Positions 28,007-37,390 of a DNA stretch of 64,000 bases are shown here, piece by piece. This stretch comes from Candidatus Wolfebacteria bacterium GW2011_GWB1_47_1 (lineage in GTDB: Bacteria > Patescibacteriota > Minisyncoccia > UBA6257 > UBA9933): assembly GCA_001029635.1 (NCBI GenBank), contig CP011209.1, positions 222,866-286,865 on the forward strand. Reading direction: 5' to 3'. Position 1 is the first letter of the stretch, and the number at the start of each line of letters is the position of its first letter. The position numbers were made by a program, and so were the translations under genes. Under the pieces are notes generated by a model that searched no databases, had not been told where the DNA came from, and saw nothing but the letters and a program-made list of their open reading frames with translations.

Positions 28007-28738
28007 TTAGACACTCCTTCTAACAAACTTAATAAAATTGCGTTGCAGCTCAGCAATCTCAGGGTTTTCGATAATGATGCCAACGAGATTAACAAGTGAG
28101 ATCATTGCAACTTTGTCGCCGGCGACGATTAGATCGACGGCAACCGCAAAGTCTTTGGGTAATAGTTTTGCCGAGCCGACTTCCTTAGGGAGGATATGTT
28201 TGATATATGATCTACCTGCCGGATTATTTTCGATCAACTCCTTAAGTTGTCCGCCTTTATTATAAATGGTCGCTTGGAATTCCTCGGCATCTTTTTCGGC
28301 AAAGACGGAAAAGAGTTTCTCTGCAGAAAAGGTGCTATAGACGGTATGGGATGTATTAGCGATCTCATCATAGATGGAATGGATACCCTCGATCCCTTCA
28401 TAGAGCTTGATATGCGGTTTATGTGACGCGGTCGCATAGATATCTTGAAGATCTTGGAGAATAGAAGCGGCCTTTTTGCGCTTATGCTCTAAAAGCCTAA
28501 TAAGCTTGGAAGGATCTTCGGCCACGTAGATGAGGCGTTTGCCTTGTGCAGTTTTATGAAAGAGCCCGTCTTTAACGAGTTTATTTACATACTCATAGAC
28601 GGTGGTCCGCTTTATCTCGGACACTTTTGCAATATCGGTAATACTTGCCTTACCTAGCTTGAGAACGGATAGATAGATATCCGCCTCTTTCGGCTCCAAC
28701 CCGATATCTTTGAGAGTGGATAGGAGGTCGTTTTGCAT
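28007..28738 (-). CDS. TrmB-family transcriptional regulator (cassette 3)
   Basis: wHTH IGLEPKEADIYLSVLKLGKASITDIAKVSEIKRTTVYEYVNKL; close paralog of 30117..30848. Confidence 0.7.
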   Translation of the reverse strand: MQNDLLSTLKDIGLEPKEADIYLSVLKLGKASITDIAKVSEIKRTTVYEYVNKLVKDGLFHKTAQGKRLIYVAEDPSKLIRLLEHKRKKAASILQDLQDIYATASHKPHIKLYEGIEGIHSIYDEIANTSHTVYSTFSAEKLFSVFAEKDAEEFQATIYNKGGQLKELIENNPAGRSYIKHILPKEVGSAKLLPKDFAVAVDLIVAGDKVAMISLVNLVGIIIENPEIAELQRNFIKFVRRSV

Positions 28739-28917
28739 ACTATTAGTATAGCAAAGTAATAAAAATCGTCAATTTTTTCGTCAATTTTTTATTATAAAAA
28801 GTATAAAAAGTGAGTATTTATGCTGATTATATTGACTAAAAATAGCATTTATTTTGACACATTTTTAGAAACGAGGTGTAATAAAGGTATAAAAACTAAT
28901 AACCAATTAATAAACAC

Positions 28918-30075
28918 ATGCATAAAACAACAAAATTGTTTATCGGGGTTGTCATGGTAGCGCTTGTCATCTGGGGTGGATATGTTGCAAATAACAGCAA
29001 AAGCAGCCAAGCAACAAGTGAGTCGATTAAAGTTGGCGGGCTCTATGTCCTAAGCGGGATCACATCGGATATCGGGATCGCATTGAAAGAGGGTACTGAT
29101 ATGGCAGTCGAGGAGATAAACAAAAACGGAGGAATCAACGGAAGGCAGGTGCAGGTAGTATATGAAGATGTTCCGGATCTTGCCCCAAAAGCAGCGGTAA
29201 GCGGAGCGCAAAAGCTGATGACGGTCGACAAGGTACAGATGATTCTCGATATGCCATACACAGGGCTGGCATCGATTCAAGGAATGGCAGAGCAAAACAA
29301 GGTTCCAGTACTCGATGTGATTGATTCTTCAGACGAGATTGCATCATTGGGTAATTGGATCTTTAGTTCCGGGGTCTATGCGAACGGCGTCGGGCAGGAA
29401 GTTGCGAAGTTTACAAAGACTGACCTGAAGAAGACCAAAGCAGCCCTCTTGGTCGGAAAGGATGAATATCTGATGGCGGTCGCCGCAGGATTCGAAAAGG
29501 AATTTCAGGCGGGTGGCGGCATGATCGTTGCGCGGGAGGAATTCCAGGTTGGGGATACGGATTTCAAGACGCAGTTAGCAAAGATCAAAAATAGTGGGGC
29601 GGAAACGATCTTCATCGCCCATTTGGGTGAGGGTGGTGTGGTCGTAAAGCAGGCGAACGAAATCGGATTCAAGGGTGAGTTCCTGGGAAGTGATACCTTT
29701 AGCCTTGCCGATGTCGCAACGGTTGCGGGCAAGGTGTTGGATGGAAGGACCTACTTCGGCTTGTGGAAGAACTTCGATTCGACCACGCCGCAGCAACAGG
29801 CATTCGCCGATGCATATAAGGCGAAGTACGGCAAAGCGGCGGGAGATTATCTTTTTTACAACGTGCTCGGATACGACGGCATGATGGTCGCGGCAGAGGC
29901 ATTGAAGAATGCTAACGCTGGATCAGGAGAAGATATCCAGAAAGCCCTCGGTAAGATCAGTAACTATGCAGGCTTGAGCGGATCGATCACGCTTGATTCG
30001 ACCGGAATCAACCGAGATCCAAAGACCGCAATCGTCACCTATAAGGATGGACAGATCGTGCGATATGCAAAATAA
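28918..30075 (+). CDS. LivJ-like ABC substrate-binding protein (cassette 3)
   Basis: TM anchor; IKVGGLYVLSGITSDIG, INKNGGINGRQVQVVYED motifs; terminator downstream. Confidence 0.8.
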   Translation: MHKTTKLFIGVVMVALVIWGGYVANNSKSSQATSESIKVGGLYVLSGITSDIGIALKEGTDMAVEEINKNGGINGRQVQVVYEDVPDLAPKAAVSGAQKLMTVDKVQMILDMPYTGLASIQGMAEQNKVPVLDVIDSSDEIASLGNWIFSSGVYANGVGQEVAKFTKTDLKKTKAALLVGKDEYLMAVAAGFEKEFQAGGGMIVAREEFQVGDTDFKTQLAKIKNSGAETIFIAHLGEGGVVVKQANEIGFKGEFLGSDTFSLADVATVAGKVLDGRTYFGLWKNFDSTTPQQQAFADAYKAKYGKAAGDYLFYNVLGYDGMMVAAEALKNANAGSGEDIQKALGKISNYAGLSGSITLDSTGINRDPKTAIVTYKDGQIVRYAK

Positions 30076-30116
30076 GATAATAAAAAAGCACACCCGAGGG
30101 TGTGTTTTTTTTATAA

Positions 30117-30848
30117 CTAAACACTCCGTCGTATGAATTTGATCAGGGTCCGTTGCAACTCGGCAATCTCCGGGTTCTCAATAATCACGCCCACGAGATT
30201 CGCGTACGAGATCATGGACACCTTATCCCCAGCGACCATCAGGTCAACCGGGACATCGAACTGTTCGGGAAGTGTCTTTGCCTTTCCTATTTTTTTATAC
30301 AGCGCATTTGACGCATATTTTTTGGCGGCAGCATTGTGTTCGATCAAATCTTTTATTTCTCCGCCGTGTTCATAGAGATTGGTTATGAATATATCGGAGT
30401 CTTTCTCGGAGAAGAGTGTCAAAAATTTCTCAGTGGAAAATATGCTGTACATGACTTGCGATGTACTGGTCATCTCAAGATAAATAGTGCGCAGCCCCTC
30501 GATCCCTTCATAGTAACGCATCCGAGGGCGGTGTGTGGAGGATGCGTAGATCTTTTGCAGATCAGGCATGATCGTCGCGAGCCGCTTGTGCTTGCGCTCC
30601 AATATTTTGGCAAGTTTGGCTGGGTCCTCGGCGACATAGAAGACCTGGCGCCCCTTCGCCGTCTTATGGAAAAGATTTTCTTTGGTCAGCCTATCCGCAT
30701 GTTCATAGATAGTAGTGCGCTTCACCTTTGACTCGCGGGCTATTTCGGAGATGGTGGCCTTGCCAAGACGCAAAACCGCTAAGTAAATAGCAACTTCCTT
30801 TGGCTCAAGTCCGAATTCTTTAAGGATAGAGGAGATTGGGGATTCCAT
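30117..30848 (-). CDS. TrmB-family transcriptional regulator (cassette 4)
   Basis: wHTH FGLEPKEVAIYLAVLRLGKATISEIARESKVKRTTIYEH. Confidence 0.7.
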   Translation of the reverse strand: MESPISSILKEFGLEPKEVAIYLAVLRLGKATISEIARESKVKRTTIYEHADRLTKENLFHKTAKGRQVFYVAEDPAKLAKILERKHKRLATIMPDLQKIYASSTHRPRMRYYEGIEGLRTIYLEMTSTSQVMYSIFSTEKFLTLFSEKDSDIFITNLYEHGGEIKDLIEHNAAAKKYASNALYKKIGKAKTLPEQFDVPVDLMVAGDKVSMISYANLVGVIIENPEIAELQRTLIKFIRRSV

Positions 30849-31035
30849 AGAAGAACTATACCACGAAGAACAAACGTGTCAAATTTTTCGTCAACACATT
30901 TTAAAAAAGAATGTTAATAAGATGAATTATTGGGCATTTTTTGAGGAAGTAGGACAATTTTTTTGACACAATTTGCGGAAAACATATAATGACACAAAAG
31001 TAAAAAGTCGTCAAAAATTAACAAATAAAGGAAAA

Positions 31036-32112
31036 ATGAACAGCATAACAAAAGGAATAGTAGGGGTGATAGTGATAGGCGCGTTGGCCGCAGCAATCGG
31101 TGCGATCGCACAGAAGCAGTCGACGGGTGATAAAAATAGCGGGCAGATAAAGGTTGGAGCAATATTGCCACTCAGTGGAGATCTGGCCGCACTGGGAGAG
31201 GAGGTAAAGCGCGGTATTGAATTGGCTGCTGAAGATGCAAAGATGGAAGGTGCGAATGTGGCTGTCATCTACGAAGATGATCGATATACCCCGGCAATGG
31301 ATGTATCAGCGGCAAATAAGCTGATCAATGTCGACAAGGTCGATGCGGCGATGACGATGTTTGTTGAAGAGGCGAAGCCGATGGCGCCGGTATTCAATAC
31401 GAGTAAGACGCCGCTCGTGGCATTATGGGACAGTAACGAATTTATCAAGAGTAACGAATATCTGTTCAGTAACGGATTTTCTACAGAACGGGCGGGAGAG
31501 GCGATGGCTGAATATGCCTACGACAAATTGGGCATGCGAACAGCTGCGATCATTGGGCATATCGATCCATGGGCAGAAATAATTTCAGACGCATTCAACA
31601 AAAAGTTCGAGGCGCTGGGCGGGAAGGTGGTATACAATGAGCGATTCAATGTGGATGTGACGGATTACAAAACGGCCATAGCGAAAATAAAACAAGCGAA
31701 CCTAGACGGCGTATATTTCCCGCTGATGCCGATGAACAATGCAAAGTTTCTGATGCAGGCAAAGCAATTGGGACTGCATAAAACACTCCTTACCGGCGAT
31801 ACGCTGATCCAAGATGTGATAATTGAAACGGGAATTGCCGCAGATGGCGTATACGCTACAAACATCTATTCTACCGAAACGACTACCTTAGTTGAAAAAT
31901 ATAAGGCGAAATATGGACAAGAACCGATGGATGTAACGTTGGTATCGTTCGGATACGAAGGGCTGATGAAGATCAAAGATGCCGCGAAGGCACAAGGGAA
32001 TACGACAGAAGGAATGGTAAAGGGATTAACATCGATATTCGGCGAGGATAAATCGGCCGATAGGATCGAAAAGATCTATCGGGTCGTTGAGGGCAAGAAA
32101 ATAGAAATGTAA
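31036..32112 (+). CDS. LivJ-like ABC substrate-binding protein (cassette 4)
   Basis: The ORF-track start at 30973 is TTG. An ATG at 31036 with AAAGGAAAAATG RBS, TTGACA(30964)/TATAAT(30986) promoter and TM anchor gives MNSITKG...; Peripla_BP_6 motifs (IKVGAILPLSGDLAALG). Confidence 0.75.
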   Translation: MNSITKGIVGVIVIGALAAAIGAIAQKQSTGDKNSGQIKVGAILPLSGDLAALGEEVKRGIELAAEDAKMEGANVAVIYEDDRYTPAMDVSAANKLINVDKVDAAMTMFVEEAKPMAPVFNTSKTPLVALWDSNEFIKSNEYLFSNGFSTERAGEAMAEYAYDKLGMRTAAIIGHIDPWAEIISDAFNKKFEALGGKVVYNERFNVDVTDYKTAIAKIKQANLDGVYFPLMPMNNAKFLMQAKQLGLHKTLLTGDTLIQDVIIETGIAADGVYATNIYSTETTTLVEKYKAKYGQEPMDVTLVSFGYEGLMKIKDAAKAQGNTTEGMVKGLTSIFGEDKSADRIEKIYRVVEGKKIEM

Positions 32113-32231
32113 TGTGAAACAGCGCGCCCAAGGCCCGCTGTTTTTGTTCCGTAAGTGTTGATTGTTTGAGTGTAGGGGGATAAACTATAGGAAATAAGTA
32201 GTATAAATTAACTCACTACATAATAAAACAT

Positions 32232-32600
32232 ATGGGGATTGAAGAAATGTGGCCACAGCCAGGAGCGGCGGAAGAAAACATACCAAAGGGGTACGAGGGT
32301 AAGCCTAACGCAGAAGCGCTCCTTTATAAGCGAGGAGAATATATCAACAAGGCGGCGAAAGAGGCGATAAAGATGGAAAAGGGAGAGCTCGAAGCTGCAT
32401 TAGAAGGAGATGAGACAGCGATGAGAAATTTAATAACAGTTACCAGTTCCATACTCCAGGGAGAGCACTATGGGAGTGATAGAAGTCTCACGGAAGAAGA
32501 GGGTAAAGAATTTGAAGAAGAATTTCCAAACGATGTAATTAAAGGGTATGTAGAGGGAGCGTTGGAAGTGTATAAGAGGGAGCAGGAGCTAAAAAAATAA
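32232..32600 (+). CDS. hypothetical acidic protein
   Basis: ATG start; Glu/Lys-rich; followed by a bidirectional terminator. Confidence 0.4.
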   Translation: MGIEEMWPQPGAAEENIPKGYEGKPNAEALLYKRGEYINKAAKEAIKMEKGELEAALEGDETAMRNLITVTSSILQGEHYGSDRSLTEEEGKEFEEEFPNDVIKGYVEGALEVYKREQELKK

Positions 32601-32645
32601 GTTAAAAAATCCGCCATGTAAAATGGCGGATTTTTTTGTAAGCGT

Positions 32646-33386
32646 TTACTTGAGAACATTCCACATTGTCTCAAATATTGCCTTGAGTCCATCGTAAATT
32701 TTTTTACTTTCAATAATAAGGCCGAGATCTTCTTTATAGGAGATGATTCCCAGCTTGTTGTCGCCGTAGATCTTTATTTCAATATCAAAGACTTTGAAGG
32801 CGGGATCGGAAACAAACTTGGTGTTTGTAATAGCGTTTTCGCGAAGGTATGCGGCGAACTCCTTATTGGCTGGCGTGTCGGGGATGATGGCGCGAGACCA
32901 GATCTTTCGTTTAACTCGTTCGGGCAAATAATAGTCCTGGAAGTAATCCTCTCCGAGGTTGATATAGGGATAGGGGAAGAGCGTGAGTATTTCTTGGTCC
33001 GGATAGCGAAGTGTATCTTCAAACACTTCCTTTACTCCGGCAATGCCGTCGTAGTATTTGATCTTAGGCTTTTTATCCAGGAGGTTCATCAGAGAGAGCA
33101 GCTCGGGCATGGCTTCTTCGACGGCCTGCCGTTTTGCTTCGAGCGATTCGGGGATTTTTTCGGGGCTTTCGGCATAGAAGATCGTGCGCTTCTTGAGCCT
33201 CCCTTGACTGACGAGGCCGCGTCGCTTGAGAAGCTCGAGCGTTTCATAGACGGTAGACCGCTTGATAGTAGCCTTTTTAACGATCTGGGCGATATTTGCC
33301 TCTCCTAATTCCAAAAGGGCAAGATAGATACCAGCCTCCTTTTTGGAGAGTCCTGCAGTTTGGAGTTTTTGTGATATCGTGGACAT
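32646..33386 (-). CDS. TrmB-family transcriptional regulator (cassette 5)
   Basis: wHTH AGLSKKEAGIYLALLELGEANIAQIVKKATIKRSTVYETL; start trimmed to the ATG at 33384-33386 (the ORF-track start is TTG). Confidence 0.7.
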   Translation of the reverse strand: MSTISQKLQTAGLSKKEAGIYLALLELGEANIAQIVKKATIKRSTVYETLELLKRRGLVSQGRLKKRTIFYAESPEKIPESLEAKRQAVEEAMPELLSLMNLLDKKPKIKYYDGIAGVKEVFEDTLRYPDQEILTLFPYPYINLGEDYFQDYYLPERVKRKIWSRAIIPDTPANKEFAAYLRENAITNTKFVSDPAFKVFDIEIKIYGDNKLGIISYKEDLGLIIESKKIYDGLKAIFETMWNVLK

Positions 33387-33413
33387 GGTATGTATATTAG
33401 CTAGCAACTCGCT

Positions 33414-33463
33414 GTCATTCCCGCCGGAGTTTATCCTGAGCTTGTCGAATGGGCGGGAATGAC
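33414..33463. repeat. palindromic intergenic repeat, GTCATTCCCGC-family, copy A
   Basis: GTCATTCCCGCC ...26 nt... GGCGGGAATGAC (12-bp inverted arms) in the divergent promoter region between TrmB-5 and SBP-5. Shares the segment ATTCCCGCCGGAGTTTA with copy C. Confidence 0.8.
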
Positions 33464-33704
33464 ATAAAAAGGAGTATAGGTAATAAATGACGCTAATTCC
33501 GTCACTATTTTAAGTGTAGTGGAATATACAAAAATGTCAATGTTTAAGCGATGTATTTAGAATATATTGCAAAAGAAGCTATACAGGATAATTGTGTAGT
33601 TGACCATTTGACAACATTTGATTATGATGTTGTTATCATGTAGAAAACATAAAAACCTAAACGACTGTGCGGAATATTCATTAAATACATACAACATTAC
33701 ATAT

Positions 33705-34853
33705 ATGGATAATAAGAAAAACATCATTATTGCAGGTATCGTGGTTCTCGTGCTGTTGGTTGGAGGATATATGCTCAAAGGGAGCAATGCTACGCAGATA
33801 GATGAGCCGTACATGCTCGGATACATCGGACCGTTGACGGGTGACGTGGCTATATTAGGAGACGAAGCGGTTAAGTCGATCCAGATCGCAGTGGACGCAG
33901 CAAATGCAAAAGGAGGAATCAATGGGCACCAGGTCAAGCTCGTTATCGAGGATGACCAGTATGATACGGCAAAGTCGATCAGTGCCTATGAGAAGATGGT
34001 AAACGGTGATGGCGTCGACACGATCATTATGTCGACCTATGGCGGTGTGATGGCGCTGGCAGAACGGGCAAAGAAGGATAATGTGATGATCATAGACGCA
34101 TTGGATTGCGATCAGGCGATCGCGAATCTTCCGGAGAATATCTTCTGCGTAGCAAAGGAGACCAACGACCTGGCAGATATCATTGCAGATTACGCTAAGG
34201 AGAAGGGGTATAAGAATATCGGAGTTCTGCATAGTACGGTAGATAACTTCATGCAGTCCGTTTCTGATAAGTTTGTGGTCCGGGTGGGCGATAGTGCTGC
34301 GGTGCAGGTGGAGAGCTATAAGTCGGGAACGACCGACTTCAAGACCTCACTCCTAAAATTAAAGGATAAGGATGCAATTGTATTTCTCGGATATGACGAG
34401 ATTGGCATTGCGATCAAAGAAGCGAAGAACTTAAATGTGGGAAAGAACTATCTGACCATTCCGACCGTTGCAACGACCCCTTCCATCCAGAAGGCAGCAG
34501 GCACAGCGATCGAGGGCATTCACTTCTCATTCTATGCACCGTTGACCGAAAACAAGGTAGCGACGAAGTTTCATGCTGACTTCAAGGCAAAGTATGACCG
34601 TACACCGTTTGTATTTGTTGCAAGCGATCAGGCATATGATGCGGCAAGTATTGTGATAAGCGAAGTATTGCCAAAGGTCACGGCAAATACGAAAGAGAAG
34701 CAACTTGATCAAAAGGTCGATGCGATGCAGCGTGTCAAAAACTTCAAGGGCGTGACGGGAACGCTCACGATGCAGGAGGATGGTCGGATCAACGGGATCT
34801 TGGTGCGGTTGTTTAAATTGGACAATATGATACCGACATTTGTTGGAAAATAA
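33705..34853 (+). CDS. LivJ-like ABC substrate-binding protein (cassette 5)
   Basis: ATG at 33705 gives a TM anchor (MDNKKNIIIAGIVVLVLLVGG); Peripla_BP_6-like motifs (MLGYIGPLTGDVAILG, ANAKGGINGHQVKLVIEDD). Confidence 0.75.
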   Translation: MDNKKNIIIAGIVVLVLLVGGYMLKGSNATQIDEPYMLGYIGPLTGDVAILGDEAVKSIQIAVDAANAKGGINGHQVKLVIEDDQYDTAKSISAYEKMVNGDGVDTIIMSTYGGVMALAERAKKDNVMIIDALDCDQAIANLPENIFCVAKETNDLADIIADYAKEKGYKNIGVLHSTVDNFMQSVSDKFVVRVGDSAAVQVESYKSGTTDFKTSLLKLKDKDAIVFLGYDEIGIAIKEAKNLNVGKNYLTIPTVATTPSIQKAAGTAIEGIHFSFYAPLTENKVATKFHADFKAKYDRTPFVFVASDQAYDAASIVISEVLPKVTANTKEKQLDQKVDAMQRVKNFKGVTGTLTMQEDGRINGILVRLFKLDNMIPTFVGK

Positions 34854-35108
34854 CCAAGCCGAATCAAAACCGTCATGCATACAAAAACAGCGCGCCTTGG
34901 GCGCGCTGTTTTTGTATGATAAAATAAGGCATTCATGCAAAAGAATTTTGCAAACAAAAAAATCGCAACAGCGATTTTTTGTTACCCTTACTTACGCAAA
35001 GGGAGAGCCGAAGCCATTTCATAAAGAGTAGTAAACCCCTTCAGTTTATAAAGAGAATTAAATTTGGTAAGATTGAGAAAGAACAAGGGTTACGGGTTGA
35101 TTCGTATC

Positions 35109-35519
35109 ATGAGCATGAAAATCACAAAAGAACTCGTTGAAGTATTTGCACATTGGACCAAAGCAAAAATACATATTCATGCTTCGGATATACGAAATTT
35201 TCCTCGGGAAAGACAAATTTGGTGGGCAAGCTTGGGACAAAATATTGGGGTCGAAATAAATGGTAAAAATGAAATATTTGAGCGCCCCGTTCTAGTTATT
35301 AAGAGATATAATGATCAGTTTTCGCTGATAGTGCCAATATCAAGTAAAATCAAGGAGGGTAAGTATTATTTTCAATTTACCAATTATCGGGGAGAGCGAA
35401 ATGCGATAATTTTATCGCAAATACGGGCTATTAGTAATAAGCGATTTATTAGAAAGATAGGGAAATTAAATAGCGCTGACTATGAAGATGTAAAAGTGAA
35501 AGTAAAGGAGCTTATATAA
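35109..35519 (+). CDS. MazF/PemK-family toxin (mRNA interferase), apparently orphan
   Basis: Motifs RQIWWASLGQNIGVEINGKNEIFERPVLVI and AIILSQIRAISNKRFIRKIGKLNSADYEDV match the PemK/MazF fold. No antitoxin-sized ORF upstream (two terminators instead). The ORF-track start is TTG, so the ATG at 35109 is used. Confidence 0.55.
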   Translation: MSMKITKELVEVFAHWTKAKIHIHASDIRNFPRERQIWWASLGQNIGVEINGKNEIFERPVLVIKRYNDQFSLIVPISSKIKEGKYYFQFTNYRGERNAIILSQIRAISNKRFIRKIGKLNSADYEDVKVKVKELI

Positions 35520-35615
35520 AACGAAACCCCTTCTTTCGAAGGGGTTTCTCGGAACTCCATTGCTGGAGCATAATGTATTACTAGTATAGATAATTACCAG
35601 CTATTGTCAATAGAT

Positions 35616-36338
35616 ATGCAAAGCGAACCGCTGCTACAATTAAAGAACATATCCGTTCATTACGGCGGCGTGCATGCGCTCGACGGTGTGAATATGGATG
35701 TTCACGAAGGTGAATTCATAGCGCTCATGGGTCCCAATGGAGCGGGAAAGTCGACAGTTTTGAAGGCGATCTTTGGAATCGCGCCACTACACGACGGGCA
35801 TATTATATGGAGAGGCGAGAAGGTAATTCCGGCACCGCATAAGATGGCGCGTAAGGGGATCGCATTTGTGCCGCAGGGGCGGCGCGTATTCCAAAGTCTG
35901 ACCGTCGAAGAGAATCTCGAAATTGGCGGAATTATTGTACAGGACAAGGAAGAGCGACATGCAAGAAAGCATGAAGTCATGGAATTTTTCCCGGTGTTGA
36001 AGAAAAAACGAAACATGAAGTCGGGGGCACTTTCAGGCGGAGAACAGCAAATGGTTGCACTTGCGCGAGGATTGATGATCGATCCCAAGGTGCTATTGCT
36101 CGATGAACCATCACTCGGACTCGCGCCAAAGATCGTGAAGGAAATGTTTGAAAAGATCCGCGAGATCAACGAGGTAAAACACACTGCAATCGTGGTGGTG
36201 GAACATAACATCAAATCTATTTTAGAGATAGTGCATACGGCATGCGTGCTCGATAAAGGAAAAATTGCAATGGGGGGTGAAGCGAATGCAGTAGCCGAAA
36301 GCGATATATTGGAAAAAGTTTTTTTGGGGAAGGCGTGA
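35616..36338 (+). CDS. livF: ABC transporter ATP-binding protein LivF-like
   Basis: Walker A GPNGAGKST, signature LSGGEQQMVALARGL, Walker B LLLDEPS; ATG at 35616 (the ORF-track start is TTG). Confidence 0.8.
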   Translation: MQSEPLLQLKNISVHYGGVHALDGVNMDVHEGEFIALMGPNGAGKSTVLKAIFGIAPLHDGHIIWRGEKVIPAPHKMARKGIAFVPQGRRVFQSLTVEENLEIGGIIVQDKEERHARKHEVMEFFPVLKKKRNMKSGALSGGEQQMVALARGLMIDPKVLLLDEPSLGLAPKIVKEMFEKIREINEVKHTAIVVVEHNIKSILEIVHTACVLDKGKIAMGGEANAVAESDILEKVFLGKA

Positions 36339-36501
36339 CAGGGAATATGAAAAACGAAATATGGGAAAAGGGGGAGGATATGGGTGCGGAGTGATCAGTT
36401 CTACTAATTGAACTAAGTGGAAAGTGTATTGCATTTAGAGTAAATAAGTGGTTTTCTGAGAGTAGAAATTTGATACGAATCCGTAGCAAAAGGAGGATCA
36501 T

Positions 36502-36756
36502 ATGGAACTCGTCGGGTATACAGAAGAAGAAGAGCGACAGATCATGGAGATCAACAAGATTCGTGATCCGGAGGCGCTGGCGAAGGCGAAGGAGGATTTC
36601 GAAGCCAGAACAGGGAAGGAATTTCCGTGCATTGTGCTCGCGCTCAACATCGACACCATGTTTGCGGAGTCGCGAGTATCGCGCGGCGAGTTCGAAAAGT
36701 GGGTCGCCGACGGATTCCCCGGGGGATATAGATCTGGGGCGAGAAGGTTCTTCTAG
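36502..36756 (+). CDS. hypothetical small protein, GC-rich
   Basis: Strong AAAAGGAGG RBS; 84 aa; terminator downstream. Confidence 0.45.
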   Translation: MELVGYTEEEERQIMEINKIRDPEALAKAKEDFEARTGKEFPCIVLALNIDTMFAESRVSRGEFEKWVADGFPGGYRSGARRFF

Positions 36757-36943
36757 TTAGTACAAGCCGCGGAGAAATCGCGGCTTTTTTTTGTCTCAAA
36801 TCCTGTTGCATAGTAGGTGCATGTTCCAGCTACTTTGCCGCGAATGAAACCACAAAAGATAAGGCAATATAGTGGATACATTGACAGGGAGGAAGGGAAG
36901 AGGTACAAAGACCATAGTAAATAAAAAGGAGAAAGGAGGGGGA

Positions 36944-37306
36944 ATGTGGAAAGCGATGGTGTGTATTATGGCATTGACCATAATGCTGTGCGGAGGAGCT
37001 GGCGAGGCGCAAGCTGGGAAAAGGGTAAGGTGTGTTGCTCCGAATGAACCCTTCCTACTCAAGGCGGCGGCGCAGCTCGAGAAAGAAACGATCAGAAAGT
37101 ATCCCCAAAGCAGGAAGCTGGAAGGCTGGAAATTCGATAAAGAAACCGGGGAGTACTGGGCTTCATTCGCCTCATTCGAAAAGGGTGAAATGCAATCATG
37201 GTCGATCGTGATCGTGTATGCACAACCTACCGGCGAAGTGCAAGAGATCACTGAGGGGGAGGACGAAGTCTACTCGGTAGGGTGTTGGTCGGAAAAGAAA
37301 AAGTAG
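36944..37306 (+). CDS. hypothetical secreted protein
   Basis: AAAGGAGGGGG RBS before the ATG at 36944; signal peptide MWKAMVCIMALTIMLCGGAGEAQA; terminator downstream. Confidence 0.5.
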   Translation: MWKAMVCIMALTIMLCGGAGEAQAGKRVRCVAPNEPFLLKAAAQLEKETIRKYPQSRKLEGWKFDKETGEYWASFASFEKGEMQSWSIVIVYAQPTGEVQEITEGEDEVYSVGCWSEKKK

Positions 37307-37390
37307 GGCAGCGAGGCCCCGGACTACCCCGGGGTCTTTTTTGTGTAAATTCTTCCATTTTGTATTTTTCACTGCTATGATTAAAAAACT

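Noticed and set aside
4525-35604. Longer ORF-track N-termini for several genes (4525, 5076, 12681, 30973, 33407, 35064, 35604, 57348)
   Set aside because: These begin at TTG or GTG codons without RBS support. In-frame ATG codons with better context or signal-peptide logic were preferred, at lower confidence.
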